A DNA stretch of 64,000 nt from Utricularia gibba (taxonomy: Eukaryota > Plantae > Magnoliophyta), in assembly GCA_002189035.1 (NCBI GenBank), contig NEEC01000015.1:1364001-1428000 (forward strand). The letters run 5' to 3'. The notes below the pieces were generated by a model that was not told the origin of the DNA, did not search any database, and saw only the letters and a program-made list of their open reading frames with translations. Each line of letters opens with the position of its first letter. Position 1 is the first letter of the stretch. A program made the translations under genes and the position numbers. Below, piece after piece: positions 12,853 to 26,858 of this stretch.

Positions 12853-14863
12853 ATGGATTTCAAAGGCGTAACCTGGGCAGGAAATATATATCAAAGGTTC
12901 GAGGCAATGTGTTTGGAGGTTGAAGAGGCGATGTATGAGGTGAAGATTCCTTCATTGCTGGCATTTTGTTTATGGTGTTTCTGCCTATGGTTTAATGAGT
13001 TTGAAACTTAGAAATTGGGGGAAAAAGTATGTAAAAGTACTCGTCCTTGATGATGGTACTTTGTAATATGTGTTAGTTTGTTTCGGTGGATCTTTCTGCG
13101 GTATTTAGTGTAGATCATTAAATTCTTCCATGTTTGATATCTGATAACAGTAAGGGAGTTTTGCAAGGTGTGTTTTATTCTTGAGGATATCTAATAACAG
13201 TGATAGCTAGAAACACTAGCCATGTATTACTGGTTATGGTGCATTCATGAAAGTGAGAGGATTTCAATCATATGTTTTAAACTTTTAGTTGCATCAACAG
13301 GACACTATCAAATATATGGAGAGCCAGGCGCATAAAGTTGGTGGGAGTGTAAAGAAGTTCTATTCCGAGATGATGCAAGATTTACTGCCCATGTCTTGCA
13401 TATCCCCTGAACAGAATGCGTATGGTGACTACCTGTTGGACTCTTACGCTCATGGGGATGTTACTAAGAAGCCAAGATTGAGCATTCTAGACACATATGG
13501 GCAGCATAAGAAGAATGAAGTTGAAGATATCCCTGATTTTGCTGAAGAAGAGCTGGGTAGAGATGGAGTTCGTTTTTCTCCACCACCAGTTGTTTATGTC
13601 GAAAGTATACATTCTGATGGTTTTCCTACCCCGAGCAAAAAGTTGGGTGCTTACGTTCGCCCTGTTTGTGTCAAGAGAGTTTCTAGAAGCGGTCATCCTC
13701 CCAAACAGTATGTTCCTGTGCATGATAGAAAATGCAATCTTGACGAAGCAGAAAAGAGACCTGCACCCACTTCTGGTTCTGCATTTGAAGCCACTGTTTC
13801 TACAAAACTTGCATCAACTAATATCACCCGAAAACAGAAAGGGATTGTGGAATGTATCCCTGTTGCTTCTGAAAGGGCAGGGCCAACTAAAACACCCACC
13901 CATACCGAAGCCGGTGATTCTGAGTGTATGGCTTCATCTAAGTCCTTGGCTGAACAGCCTAATGGTACGTCTTCTCCTTGGCCAATCTCTTCTTTCAACT
14001 TGAATATTGAGCAACACTTTTCTCTTTATGTTTATTAACATCAGCGGTATCAACTGAACAACATGAAGATCGGATCAAGTCTCCAGAAACAATGCTTAGT
14101 ACCTCAACTGATGGTCTGAAACCTTTGATTTACAATGGCAAGGTGGATAATGTATAATCATTTGAGCTTGTTGTCCTTGTTGATGTTGTGGCAGAAAAAC
14201 CCAACAGAGACGGCTCCTGGTTTGAACCACATCCAGACACCAGGATTGGAAGTTGGAACCCTGAATCAGTGGCTGAGGAATTGATTTCCCGTTATAAAGG
14301 TGAGTAAAGCATTTTACAGAAAACCAGGAGCAGACTGGCTTGTAGATGTATTAAGTAGATTTCGTGTTTAGATTCCATTGAAGCTTTGTAGTTCTCCTTG
14401 TTTACTAAACCATGGAATCTGCTCTGGTCAATATTGCCTCAAGATTTTTTGTCCTTTATTTCTTCTTATGCACAACTAGACTTTTTTTTTATGCTGAGAC
14501 CTTTCTGCTCTGTTGTGCAGACAACTTGGATGTAGAAGCCATTGAAGAGTCAGAATTAGTGTCTGAGCCATTGGAAGAAACCTGCATTCTTGTTGATGCC
14601 GTTGATGCAACAATCAATGCTGCTCCTCAGGGAACGGATAAAGCTAAACCATACAAGGTTCTTCTCATTCTTAACTTCTGCCATTGCTCTCATTTACCAC
14701 CAGCAAACATTGTTTTTTAGAGTTTCATTTTTCCCTGCAGAAGAAAATCCGTGAAGCTCTGGCATCAAAACTGAGGCTGAAGAAAAAGCAACCCCAGATG
14801 GTCGAAGATGTCAACTGGAAATCCCCAGGCGGTTCATCGGAATCCGACTGGGAGCTTCTCTAA
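12853..14863 (+). CDS. Uncharacterised plant protein, At2g31130/Fb32-like family, 6 coding exons
   Basis: MDFKGVTWAGNIYQRFEAMCLEVEE / DTIKYMESQAHKVGGSVKKFYSE N-terminus; LEETCILVD...KPYKKKIREA; ends SESDWELL*. Exons 12853-12939, 13301-13964, 14045-14113, 14195-14299, 14521-14657, 14741-14863, in frame with GT-AG introns. Confidence 0.85.
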
Positions 14864-15209
14864 GTAATCATGATTAAGATGCTGATAAATTCCCAGCATC
14901 AGGAAGGAAGCAAAACTGTTGAATAAATAAGGTATTCCATTGTGTATTATGTTGATAACAGACTGCCATTGGGTTCCCGGTGGTATCGGAAACATTCCCT
15001 TGTATTTCCGACGTATCGGATCCTTAAAAAAACAGTTATTTCCTATTCCTTTTCGCAAAGTAGGCCATGTTTAGGCTAATTACAAGCTCAAGAAACATTT
15101 TTTTTCCCCTGTAAAGAGTATCAATAAAGGAAGCAGCAACAATAGGCGTGTAACAGATGATCCAAAAGCAACATGTGGATACAGATGTGCGAAAAGCAAA
15201 GAGACGGAA

Positions 15210-15519
15210 TCAACAAGGGATCTTGGATGTGAACCACTCCATGACATGAAAAGGGGCCTTGATGAGCTCGAGCGCAAGCTCAACCAGGACAGTGACGCAC
15301 AGGCAGCAAGGGCAGATGCAGCTCAACAGCAGCCTGACAACACCAATTCAAAAAATATTACGATGATAGACACGAAACCATGAAATCTGACCCACGACAA
15401 GAAGGGGCGAACCCGACGATCCAGACGGCCACGCCGACGATGGAGATAAGGAGCGAAACAAACGCGAAGGGCAATCCCAAGAGAAACCCCAAAGGCCGGC
15501 AATCGCCGTCGCAGCACAT
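15210..15519 (-). CDS. TAX: Signaling peptide TAXIMIN (76 aa, 2 exons)
   Basis: Exons 15519-15413 and 15333-15210 give [76 protein letters not shown], nearly identical to recalled Arabidopsis TAX1/TAX2. Confidence 0.95.
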
Positions 15520-18121
15520 TTCTAGAGCAGATTCCGATGATCGAGACTCAGTCCTCTCTCCACTGTCGGAAGGATTTATCTATCCATCCATCATCAGGCG
15601 AGGAAAATGTGAAGTCCACACGTCTCTTTCTCATTCAAACTATACCCACATGCCCTAGTCCTAGCTGGCAACGCGACTTTTATTTTTAATTATTTATTTT
15701 ATATTATTTCAAGTGAAAGGATAATAAACTTCTGAGCTTCTTTGAAGTCCATTTTAACATGGGCCTGAGCCTATTCAGCCCGGCTCAATTCACAACATCA
15801 TTGGGCTGACAACACACAGACATGGGCTGTGATACAGGTGGAATGTCACAGATGTAAATAGATCCTAAATAAATATTATGGAATAACTCCCAATTAACAA
15901 GATACTTCATTATCAGAGGTCGTTTAATAGTAGTGTATTGGTATGTTTAAATATAGTATAATTGAATATATATTTACTTAATTGTATATAAAGTTTGATA
16001 TTAAAGAATATAAATCTAATTATATAAGTGATATAGATATAATTAATCTTCAAATTTGTGTATACCACCACACACATGCTCAAAAAATAATTACGTGAGT
16101 CATATATTCATACAAGATTTGCATGCATGTACTAGTTAATCAAAAAATTATTTGTGTAAAATTAAATATAAATCTTATATATTATACTATCAAATACTCT
16201 ATCAATCTCATTTACAAGGATGCAGTCGGTGTTGGAAATAAAATAAAGTTTATTTTTTTCAATATTATCTTTCTATTTAGTAAAAATATATTATAAGGTA
16301 GAGCCCTATCATTATTGCAATAGTTATCCATAGACAAAGTCGCTGTGTTGGACCCCACAAATTTTCATTATTGAATTTCGTACATCAACATCCACATTTT
16401 TATATTCTATTTTTGGAAGTTTGCGGACGTGGCGCAACGAGGTCCTCGCAAATAGGAACTCATTAAAAAAAGTATTTTCCATTTCACCGATATTGAAATT
16501 CAAAATTTTTTTAAATGATCAAAAAATAGGAAACTGCTTTCATAATTAATTTGTAATTCAAATTGATTCAATTACAGTTTAATCACCAAATTAAAATTAA
16601 TGTATTAGTAAATTCAAAGGGTTCGATCCCTATCATTAATACACCATGACATGTATGAGTTGGACTGGAAGACCAAAAAAGAAGGCTGGGGATGGATATG
16701 GACCATGCCGCCCCATCTGTGTTTACTGGGGAGTTTGGAACCATGGCGCAGTGCAGCTCTGCGCAGCAGTTGCAGAGGGTGGCCGGAGTTCACTGTGGGC
16801 TACATTCGGAGAATTGGCGGGGGTGGCGCCGTCGCCTGAGGCTCTCAGAAAATGGGGAGAAGAGCTCGGAAGCCGCAAGAATCCTGGGCATTTTCATGAT
16901 GAGTCATCTGGAAATGAGAGCATCCATCAGGCGATGCAGGCACAGAGTTTTGTTCTAGGCGTACATCTGGGGACGGCTCTAAGCTCCGTACAATGAGTAG
17001 GTTTTGAACCCAGAGTTCTAGAGACAAAATTGTCTGTACAAAGAAAAAGAACAGAAAACCATGGCACCCCCCAGTTGCAAGTAGCAGTTTTTAAACTGAT
17101 CGTACACACGGACCCGACTCTATCCCATCTTTTGAAAAATAATCTAGTTGTCTGGACTCTGTAAATGATTCTGTGTGGTGTTCAAACCCTAAAATTAGGG
17201 CGGATGGGAAAAGTTGACAAGACTGAACCCTAAACTTCAAATCTTATCTTCAAGGTAGACATCGTTGTCTCTGCGGCGGTCGTGCCTAGGAATTTTAAGG
17301 TTGCTTCCTTGGGTTTGGCTCTCTGTAGCCACATGCTGCGGTTGCATTGTGGAATAATAAACCCTTGGTTTACCTCAACGAATGTACCATTTGGAGGAAA
17401 TTCCAAAAGGTGCAATGGGATCTGGGTCACCAAATCCGGTCGGTCTTGTTTGTTTGTTTGTGTCGATTCCATTTTAGACCCATTTCGCTCGCGGTATTTG
17501 GGATGGGATTCTTCGGATTAATTCACATGGTTGAATGAACTGGATTTTTTGAAAAGCAGAAAAAACAGCGTCCACATGAATATTGGGACCGCTCAGGGAT
17601 TCTAAAATCTGCAACTTGCCATCTCTTTCTCAGGAAAGAATTCACCCAGATTCAAACCCAGTTCACTGAAGAGCAGCATGTTCCGACGGGATGATCGTCC
17701 TCGACACAGTACACCATCCTGCTGCTGCACCCTTTTGTGTGCATTGCACCTTCGGTACACATCACTTCGTTAATTTTACTGGGATGCTGCCATTTCTTTT
17801 TCTGTATCATATTCCATCATCATTGAATTAGATAAAATGGACAAGTTGAAGGCCTCGTAGCATCGTCAAGTCGAAGACAAACTCTTGAGTGGAACCTAGT
17901 AGCATGTCCGAAGAAGAAAAATTGACAATTTTTTTACAATAAAAGTGTTATGAAACATGTATCATCTGCTAAAATGTTGTTAGAAAATGAATTGTATGAT
18001 AATAATTGGGGATTATTTTTTTAAAAAAAAACCTTATTGTATCATAACTGGATATATACGATGAGAAGGTGGCCTGTTCACCGTAGTGTAGTTGTGAGGA
18101 GGTGATCCATATCCTGAATTG

Positions 18122-19629
18122 ATGCTTGCCTTGTCGCCACCATGGAGCTGCCTAGACAGCGGGCAAGATGCAGAAGAAGAAGGAAGTGAAAAGGGGAAAA
18201 TAGATTTCTCGGTTGATAATTTGGTAGACATCCTTGATTTCGATGACTTCTTCTTGGATACCCTGCTGCCGGAGCAGCAACTCTTGTCTGATTTCTCGGT
18301 TCCGGAGCTGACGGCGTCGCCGGGAAGTACAGACTCCGACTCCAAGAGGCTCGAAGAGGATGAGCAGCAACCAAAGAAGTCCATAACGCAACCTGGGAAT
18401 AAGAAGCAGAAGAAGTCCAAGAAGCCCAAGGTACCTATCTATCACCAACAGTATGCAGGTCGACTTTTCTTGAACTACCGACCCTCTGATATTGTTTCGT
18501 CTCTGATACGTATAGGTAGATTGGACACCGGAGCTCCACCGACGGTTTGTGCAGGCGGTGGAGCAACTCGGAGTAGAGAAAGCGGTGCCTTCGAGGATCC
18601 TACAACTCATGGGAATCGATAACCTCACTCGCCATAACATTGCTAGTCATCTCCAAGTAAGGCGTTTTCGTTTTTTTCTTCACCCCAACGAGATGAAACC
18701 TTCGATTTTGCTGTTGCTGGGGCGGATCTGTATTAACTTATGAATGATCTCCACTGCAGAAATATCGGTCCCACCAGAAACATTTACAGACGCGGTGTGC
18801 AGGGCCGGCGACGTGGAATCACCGCGGCGCCGGCAACACACCGGCGACAACCATCGGGTTCCCGCCGGCGACGGTGGATTTCCGACATCTTCACGTGTGG
18901 GGCCATCCTTCCGGTGTTGACCAATCATTCACATACATGTGGCCCAACCCTTTATCTCAACCGCCAGCTCTGAGCCACCACCATGTGCGTAGTTCAAAAC
19001 CATATCGATCCATATTCCTCTGAGCCACCATCACGTTCATTTCTCACTGTTACTCCACTGCATTTTTTACAGGTTCCTACGCTGGGAACGGCGTGCTTTC
19101 CACTTCAATACCCGGTAATGGTAATAAAAAAAAAGTACAGTTTTTTTTTTTGCTGCAACTAGTAAACTTAGCTCATCTTAGTTTCTTATAATCCTTTTTG
19201 TGGGCGCTAATCACGCAACTAACCAGTCCGTTGTCTGAATTGAGAGACTGACGTTATGCTGCATGTGAATTTTCTTGTACTACATAATTGGTTACAATCA
19301 CCTTTGTGTCGAAATGTGGCGTAACGATCGGAGAATTCAGGCGCCGCCTGTTCCAGGCATACCGGGTCTCGGGTTGCATCAGACTCCGGCACTTGCTCAC
19401 CCGGTAAACTTTTTTTTTCCCGTAAAGGACACTCTACACATCACTAGAAAAATCCCGGGCATTGATTAACTTGGGGGCTGTCCAGTCGACGGGAAGCGTG
19501 GACGCGGCCATCGGAGAGGTGTTATCGAAGCCATGGATGCCGATGCCTCTGGGCTTGAAGCCACCCTCGGTAGACGGTGTGATCGCCGAGCTGCAACGGC
19601 AAGGAATATCCAAAATGCCACCCGCATGA
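18122..19629 (+). CDS. GLK: GOLDEN2-LIKE GARP transcription factor, about 307 aa, 6 exons
   Basis: MLALSP start; [52 protein letters not shown]; [10 protein letters not shown]; GCT box [38 protein letters not shown]. Exons 18122-18430, 18516-18656, 18760-18984, 19073-19114, 19341-19403, 19486-19629. Confidence 0.93.
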
Positions 19630-20154
19630 TCACAAACAGAAACCCAATTCGTCGAACTTTCCCAAAAAAACATCTTATTCTGGTCAGGTTCCTGTGTGAT
19701 TTGCCTGTGAACTTTCAACTTTCTTTTTTGTTATGCGAGAGATTGAAACTTGTGACTGGAGGAGGTGAATACAGCCTCATTTTTCAATCAACTCGAAGAA
19801 ACCTATTGTTTATCGAAAAAACGAAGCAAAAAGTGCTTCGTCTTTGAGGTTAAGATGATATCATGATCTTTACATAACATCCGAATCGGAAAAAAAGCTG
19901 GTAGAAAAACACAGGTCTAAATGATAAAGATGGATGACGGCGCCCAGGAGCAATAGACCTGGAATCCCGTCAAGGACGCCAGAGGGGAAGGTCGACGTGA
20001 GAAGTTCACATAACAAAGGAATGCGTGGAGCCGGAGCCATTTGCTGGCAAAACTGCGCATAGCCGGCGCGGTTCACACAGGCATCAGTCAAACTACGATA
20101 TGGTGCGAGTGGTGGTTCGGTTCACAGTTACAGGTTTCGGTGAGTGTTGGGGAC

Positions 20155-23100
20155 TCACTTATCTTCTGTGTAATCGGGGTTCTCCTTCAAGATGACGAAA
20201 CCTTCTAGAATAGGTGATACTGGAATATATCTGAAAGCACAACGAAGGCCGAGTGAGGAATGTGATATTAAAACATCCAATGAAACAAGTCAAAGAAATA
20301 AGGCCTCACTTTTCAGTCGCGAGTTCAGCTCTGTCACCGGCGGAGAGAAGAACTGGTGTTGAGTGTGTTTGGAAACCCGTTATGGTTTTTGGGCGTCCGG
20401 CCTGGCCAACCACATCTACGGCTTGACCTACACGCACTGGTACTGACAGAGGTTTCAGCTTCTCATCTACTGTCATAAGCATCCTTGGCTGCAGGCAGAC
20501 ATTTCTTGTTATAAGCAACAACTTAATGAAGGAAAGAAGGAAAAACATAGTATTGATTTGGGAGACCGTACCTGCATAGCAAGTGCGAGGAAGTATAGAA
20601 CATAGTGATATTTTCCCAATATGATAGCTTTCATATCGAGACATGCGTGCAGAAAAATTACAAGCCCAGCCATTGCATTGCTGCAGGGAACCAACCAATA
20701 CGACATCCAAGTTAAACACCGGTACCAAAACATTTAAACTAATCGGTAAGAGTTCAACTGCAACTTACGGGGCCCAGAGGAAACGTTCAGAATGATAAGG
20801 AGAAAGTGTTAGGAGCCCTTTGCCCATATGGACCAAGCCTTGAGCAATTCGGACCTGCACGGTTTTCAAATTTATAGGACTAATGCAGACAATGCATAGG
20901 AACACTCGGATACAAACAAGAAGAAAGTGATCAACCGGACACATACACAAAAAAGAAGGCTTGCATCCTTGTAGCAATAACTTGAAAGATTCCGAAGCAT
21001 TCCAGCTATTCTAGCATTGTTTGTCCCAGCTCCAATCAAACCCAGGGAAATAACAGCAGCCTATTTATTTAGAATCACGTGAGTACTTGAAGCACACATC
21101 CTTGGCGAAAGGCATATTTAAATCTTAGAAATAAAAGAATATAACAAATAATAGGAGGAAAGTAATCCAAATACCATTGCCACTTCTGCGTCAGCATCGT
21201 GGCTGAGCCTGCTCAATGTGTCCATCACATTGACCTGTGCACAACAACAATTCAGTGAAGGAAACAAATTTCTGAAAGCAAATGTCCACGCACAATGACA
21301 TTTTAGGACACTTAAATTTTCATTATGCAGCTCTTGGAATAATAGTACCTACTTGGGTCCTCTATGTGCATTACATTTCTCAGCATATGAAACAAGATGT
21401 AAGTTGTAGCTCTTAGAACATATAGTACAAAACAAACTTACCTTTGGATTTGATATGCAAAGAAGCCCTAGAGCCAAAGGGACAGCCCTTCTAATGTTCT
21501 GCTCTCCATACTGCAATAGATGCTCCAGTGAACGAATAGCCATTTCAAGTCCCAGTTCCTCAGCCATTGCAACCATAGCAATTCCAAGGACAGCTGGCCC
21601 CTGGTACACTTCACTCTTATCAAGATGTTGAGAACACTGACCAAGAAGGTGTTGAACCTGAGACAGGAGACGCCAACAGTAACAAAAAATTCAAACGAAT
21701 TGGAAAACCACAAAACCAAATAGCTATTACAACCTTCAAAACATTTCCTGTTCCAGCAAATGCACAGGACAGTAAGATCATGTCACAATGTCGCCTTATT
21801 TTCTCATTGAATGTCTTTGAAACTTCTGCTGTCGCCTCAACACTATCCTGAAAGAAATTGAGATAAAGAATAAGGTAGTGACTTGTATCAAAAAACTAAA
21901 CCGCTTTCACATACTTCAGGTGCCGTTTTAGATAGCACGTTATATGCAGCATACCTGCTTCCCAAGATAAAGAAGACCAAGACCCAAAGGCAAGAAACGA
22001 GCAAGAGGATCCCCCAATTCAGTTTCACTCCTATCCATCAATGCAAATATGATTCCCTGAGCTATATCTTCATTACAGGAGCTAACGAATATCAAGCCCA
22101 GTGCAAGTGCAGTAAATGCAATAACATCTAGAGGTGACTTTCCATCGGCAAGTATAGGTACTAACACATTCCGAACCTGAGGAAAAACATATAGATGTCC
22201 GTATGAGTCACTCCGCACATCTACATCCACATGTACACACCCAACTGCTGTGACATTCTCTACAAGTTAACTTACTGAATCACTACGAGAACCCGCATAG
22301 GCCAGACCAAGACCCATTATAGCTCCAATTCTAGTAGAAGAATCTTCCTTATCCAAAAAGTCAACAAGCAAAGCCATTGCCTGAAAATGAAAGCCAAATG
22401 TCAAAGAAACCTACATATAATTGCATGAAGAAGTCACAGATGAATGCAAAGGTACGCCTTGTTGTTATTCACTACATAAACAAATTTACAGATCTAATTG
22501 TAGACCAATTATATGACTAGTATTGAATTACAAAACTTACAGGATCACACTCGTGCTGGACATTACAGTTTACAATACCAACTCCAAGCAGAGCCCCAGC
22601 GATAACATGGTTGTCTGAGGTATTGAAATACTTGTCCAGTTGGGAAAGTCCAGAATCAACATCCCACATCAATATCATCCCCTACAATAGTTTAAAACAT
22701 AGCTTCAATATACAAAATTTACACAATGATCCATTAAGGATCCAAATATATGCAAACCCACCAGGCTAGCAGCAGCACTGGTTTTCCCATGTTCCTTATT
22801 TTTAAATAGCCAGCTTGTCGAAGAGCTGCCACTGGATGATTCTGATGAAACGGTCATCAGCTTATCCTGAAGGTTGAAAAAGAACGCTGTAAAATTAATG
22901 ACCCAACACAGACTTAAATTTGATTTTTATTATGGAAAGAATGTGATGGGTTCAACCTGGCCAAAACCAGCATTTACAAAAGCATTCACAAATGTTGCCG
23001 CCAGGTTTTGCCTGGCAGAATCAACAGTACCACCACCAGCACCACGACCATCAAGAAGATGTGCCTGTGAAACCAGGGAAAGAACAAAATAATACATCTC

Positions 23101-26100
23101 ATTGTAAAACAATGACCAGAATCAAGCTAGCACAAGGATCTAGGTGAGAAAACACGAGACCTTATATATGTCTTCAGGGGACTTTGGCTCCATTACTTCA
23201 ATATCACGAGCAAGCGACAAATAGCCTTCACTCAGTTCATTATTATCCATGATTTGCTGCAAAGCTTGTCTATCATCATAATTTGGGATGACGCTTTCAT
23301 CAAGTTCAAAAGTAACACCCTGTCAAGATGGGGCCAATTTGCTATAAAAACCAGCAGATTCAAACTGGTAAGAAATGTAAACAGTTTATCCTGTGGTTGC
23401 TATAAAGTATGCAGCTACACATGAAAAAAGGGGGAAAAGTATCTTTACAAGAGAAGAGGTTTGCTCAATCCAAAGTTGTAGGAGAGGGAGCATTAGAAGA
23501 ATAAGGGAAAGGATATCTACAAATAAGTGTATATACCGTTTTTTAAGAAATGTAGAGAAACCTTATATGTAAATCACATGTTATTCTATAACTTACATGC
23601 CGAGCCAGCATATAGCAAAATTGCATCCTAGTGAGCGAGTCTGTGCAAGTTTGGAAAAGCTCCTTCACATACTGCAGCATTAGACACCGGCATTAGATAT
23701 AAACAAAATCATAAAAGGGGTAAAACATAAATGGAATTTGCCTTGCTCAACAAAATACATTTGTTTATGAAGTATATTAAAGCCGAAAAATATTAGAACC
23801 CAAGGACAAACCTGCATATTACCAAGACCCAGAGCAACCTGAAGTGCTCTAGGATATTCTTCAAACTTCACGTAAATAGAGTATGCAATATCCAGGACAA
23901 GCATGTCATCTGGTGCAAGTAAGTATCTGATCGGAAAAAAAAAATCACTCTTAAAGTTTCACATTTGATATCTCCACATAAAAAATAAAAGAAAGAGGAT
24001 ATAGCAACAGAATGCTCAACCATCTGATATTAAAAGAGTACCACGAGAGAGATTCATCACAACAAAAGGTATGAAAAATTGTGTTAATCAATTTACTTTG
24101 CTGAACTTGTTAAATAAAGGCACGTCCTTTTGTAGTTTGTCTCATCCACATGATCCAACAACACATCAAGGTCTTCAACCTAAAAAAGGAAAGCATATAA
24201 TCCATCTTCGCTATTATTACATAGAGAAAAAACTATAACCTTCAACAACATGAAGGCGTTCAAAGAATACAAAAGTACCTCCATTAAAAGATCTACTGCT
24301 TCTGGTTCAGCGTTATGCTGCATTGCATAATTATAGTTAGTCCAGGATAAAATTAGCAAAATATAAAAAGCAGATTAAGTGGGGAGAAGAGTAGAGCTAT
24401 TTTTACTAACTGCAATGCTTACAACAACATTCGGCATAGAACTCAACCGGGTCATTAGGTACCATCACAGAAAGCACCAAAGAAGTTCAATGTAGACAGA
24501 AAAGAGACATACCATCATATGGAACGAAACAATGTCCACCACCAGATTCCACAGCTCGTCTGTTGGGGGACACTCTTCACTCTAAAATGAATAAAAAAAG
24601 TAACTTTTGAGGAGCGACCAAAAACTAGACTTCATCATATATTAGCAATACTGGACCCGTCTTTATAGCCACAAATCAACATCAGGCTTAACCGGGGTAC
24701 TCAGGTGACGATACAAAATTTCATTGGCCAGAAAAACTATAACAAGCAATATAGCAACCAACTAGCATCACAGAAGTTGTCATAGTTATGGGAAAAAAAC
24801 TGACACCTGTCGCTTAGAATACTCCTGTGCAATTTCTCCAGCCAAATTCCTGCATTGAAAACAAGGTAACATTAAATACAGAAACCAGTTATAGAATTCG
24901 AAATATCTTTGCAGCAAAGAAAAAGTGGAAACTTACTTTGAAATATATTAGCTAAGAATTTTCAAAAAAATAAAAGGATAAAGATACAGGGGCGAAAAGC
25001 ATTTGCGCATGATGACTTCAATTCCAGTGTTTCAATAAGTGTTCTTCAGGGTGTACATTCGAGCAAATAGTATTATTTTCACACAAGAACATGTACACCC
25101 TGGACTATAGATGATGATAAAGAGAGTTAAATGTGTAGACATTATGGCAACAATAGGTATCACTTTCATAAAAAAAGACATCTCATTACTATGGTTAAAG
25201 AAACTCCAGCATTAAAAATTTCAACGGAAAAATTACTTACCGGACATACTCATGACCCCATGAACCAATATCATCAGATGAACCAAGCAATCTATATTTT
25301 AGGCTCTCCTGTGAAAATTGGAATTGGCATGTAGATTTTCCAGTGGAGCCACAAACATCAAATACTGATGTAGAATATAATGCCGAATAAAATAATCAAG
25401 AAAGCAATGCATTCATGGTTGGCTATAAATTTTTATATGCAATTGATAATGTCCATCACAGTGACCATGGTTTCCGGAAGCAAATAACCAAGAGGAATGC
25501 TGAAAAGAATACCCTTTCTCCTTCAGGTGACATGGTCAAAGCCAAAACAGAAAGAATATCTGCTAGTAGTTTCTGGAGCAAAAAAAAAAAGGAAACCTCA
25601 GGAATGTACAGAATAAACCAGTACTTGATGGTGATGATAAACACGTATCAACATGGTTCTCACCTGCAAATCCGTATCTACCACCTTCTCAAAATGTCCC
25701 TTCAGAGTGGCATAATGAGGGCGTAAAAACTTTAGCGGTTTTGGTACTGAAGTCATCGAGCTGGTTGCAGTACGGATTTCTTTTCTGAATGAATGAAGAT
25801 AGTAGACGACAACAACAATCAAACCTCATTTCAAGTTATATGGATCGTATAGAATTAGCATCTTATGTTATACTGGTACAAATACTACATTAGAAATCTG
25901 AAACTACCTGCTGCAACTTATTCAGAAACTACGGAGAGGTAAATGTTACAAATATAGACTACAATAAAGTTTAAAACTGCAAATAACATTAGGGTGCACA
26001 CCTCATGCTCTCAAGGGCGAGTTTCTGCACCCCAGGATCCGAGTCTTGTGCTCTCTCCACATATAATTCCAACTGTTGCTTGAGCGCCAGATCCTCCTCA

Positions 26101-26306
26101 GACTGAAAGCATGAAACTTGGCTCTTTTAGGAACCCAGTCTCATGCATACAAAAAATAAACGAATGGACGCATCAGAACTTACGAGATCTTCTTCCTTCT
26201 TCTCATCCTTCTTTTTTGGGTCCTTCGCAGGTACCTTCACAGAAGCTTGGTCTCTCGTACCTCCGGCGCCAGTGCGGCCGCCGTGATTGGGTTCCGCCGG
26301 TGCCAT
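20155..26306 (-). CDS. RPN1: 26S proteasome non-ATPase regulatory subunit 2 (RPN1), multi-exon
   Basis: [31 protein letters not shown]; [16 protein letters not shown]; [22 protein letters not shown]; [12 protein letters not shown]; [20 protein letters not shown]; C-terminus [19 protein letters not shown]. The exons checked are in frame. Confidence 0.97.
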
Positions 26307-26325
26307 AAGAACTAATTGAACAAGA

Positions 26326-26632
26326 AAACCCTAAAATTCAGTAATTTTGGCACCAAGAGCCAGAAATCAAATGAAACCCCACCGTGAAATGTACGTATAA
26401 ACTGATCGAACAGACCAGATGGATTTCCCCTTCCTCAAGGCAGCACCTTCAAAATTACACGATTCTGCACATTTAAGGCGCTGGGCTGAACCCCACCGCA
26501 CTTCGTCCTCCAATGTTTAATTGGGCCTACGTAAGCCCATTGGTCCATCCGTCGTCGAACAAAAAGCTTGTTGGGTTTCACACTGAAAGCTCAACCCGAA
26601 TCTTGGTTATATTGGGCCTACTCTGTTGGGCC
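26326..26632 (-). promoter_or_regulatory. RPN1 proximal promoter/5'UTR: telo-box plus site II/PRCE-like TGGGCY motifs
   Basis: AAACCCTAA at 26326-26334; TGGGCY or its complement at 26482, 26522, 26534, 26613 and 26627. This is the typical architecture of proteasome and translation genes. Confidence 0.6.
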
Positions 26633-26858
26633 GAGGTTGGCCGGTGCATGCATCCTTCTAGTAACTCACGTAGGACCCCACAAAGTGCAAAATAGTAAAT
26701 GACACTGGGAGCAGAGAGCCCCCACAAAATCCATCATACCGACCAAGGTGCATGGACGGGCCGGCCATTTGAGGTTGGCGGGCTCACGTGAAACCCACAA
26801 AGGGTAAAATGGTAAACCCATTTTTCCATTTTTCTTTTTTTTTTCTTTTATGGGGAAC

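Noticed and set aside
16618-16630. GGTTCGATCCC, resembling a tRNA T-loop/B-box
   Set aside because: Flanks are AT-rich with no cloverleaf or A-box; not a tRNA.
16646-17100. Overlapping 60-116 aa ORFs; a CEP-like HPANSPNVAH on the minus strand; searched for a CLE gene expected beside TAX
   Set aside because: No signal peptide, no CLE motif, and the CEP resemblance is short enough to be chance.
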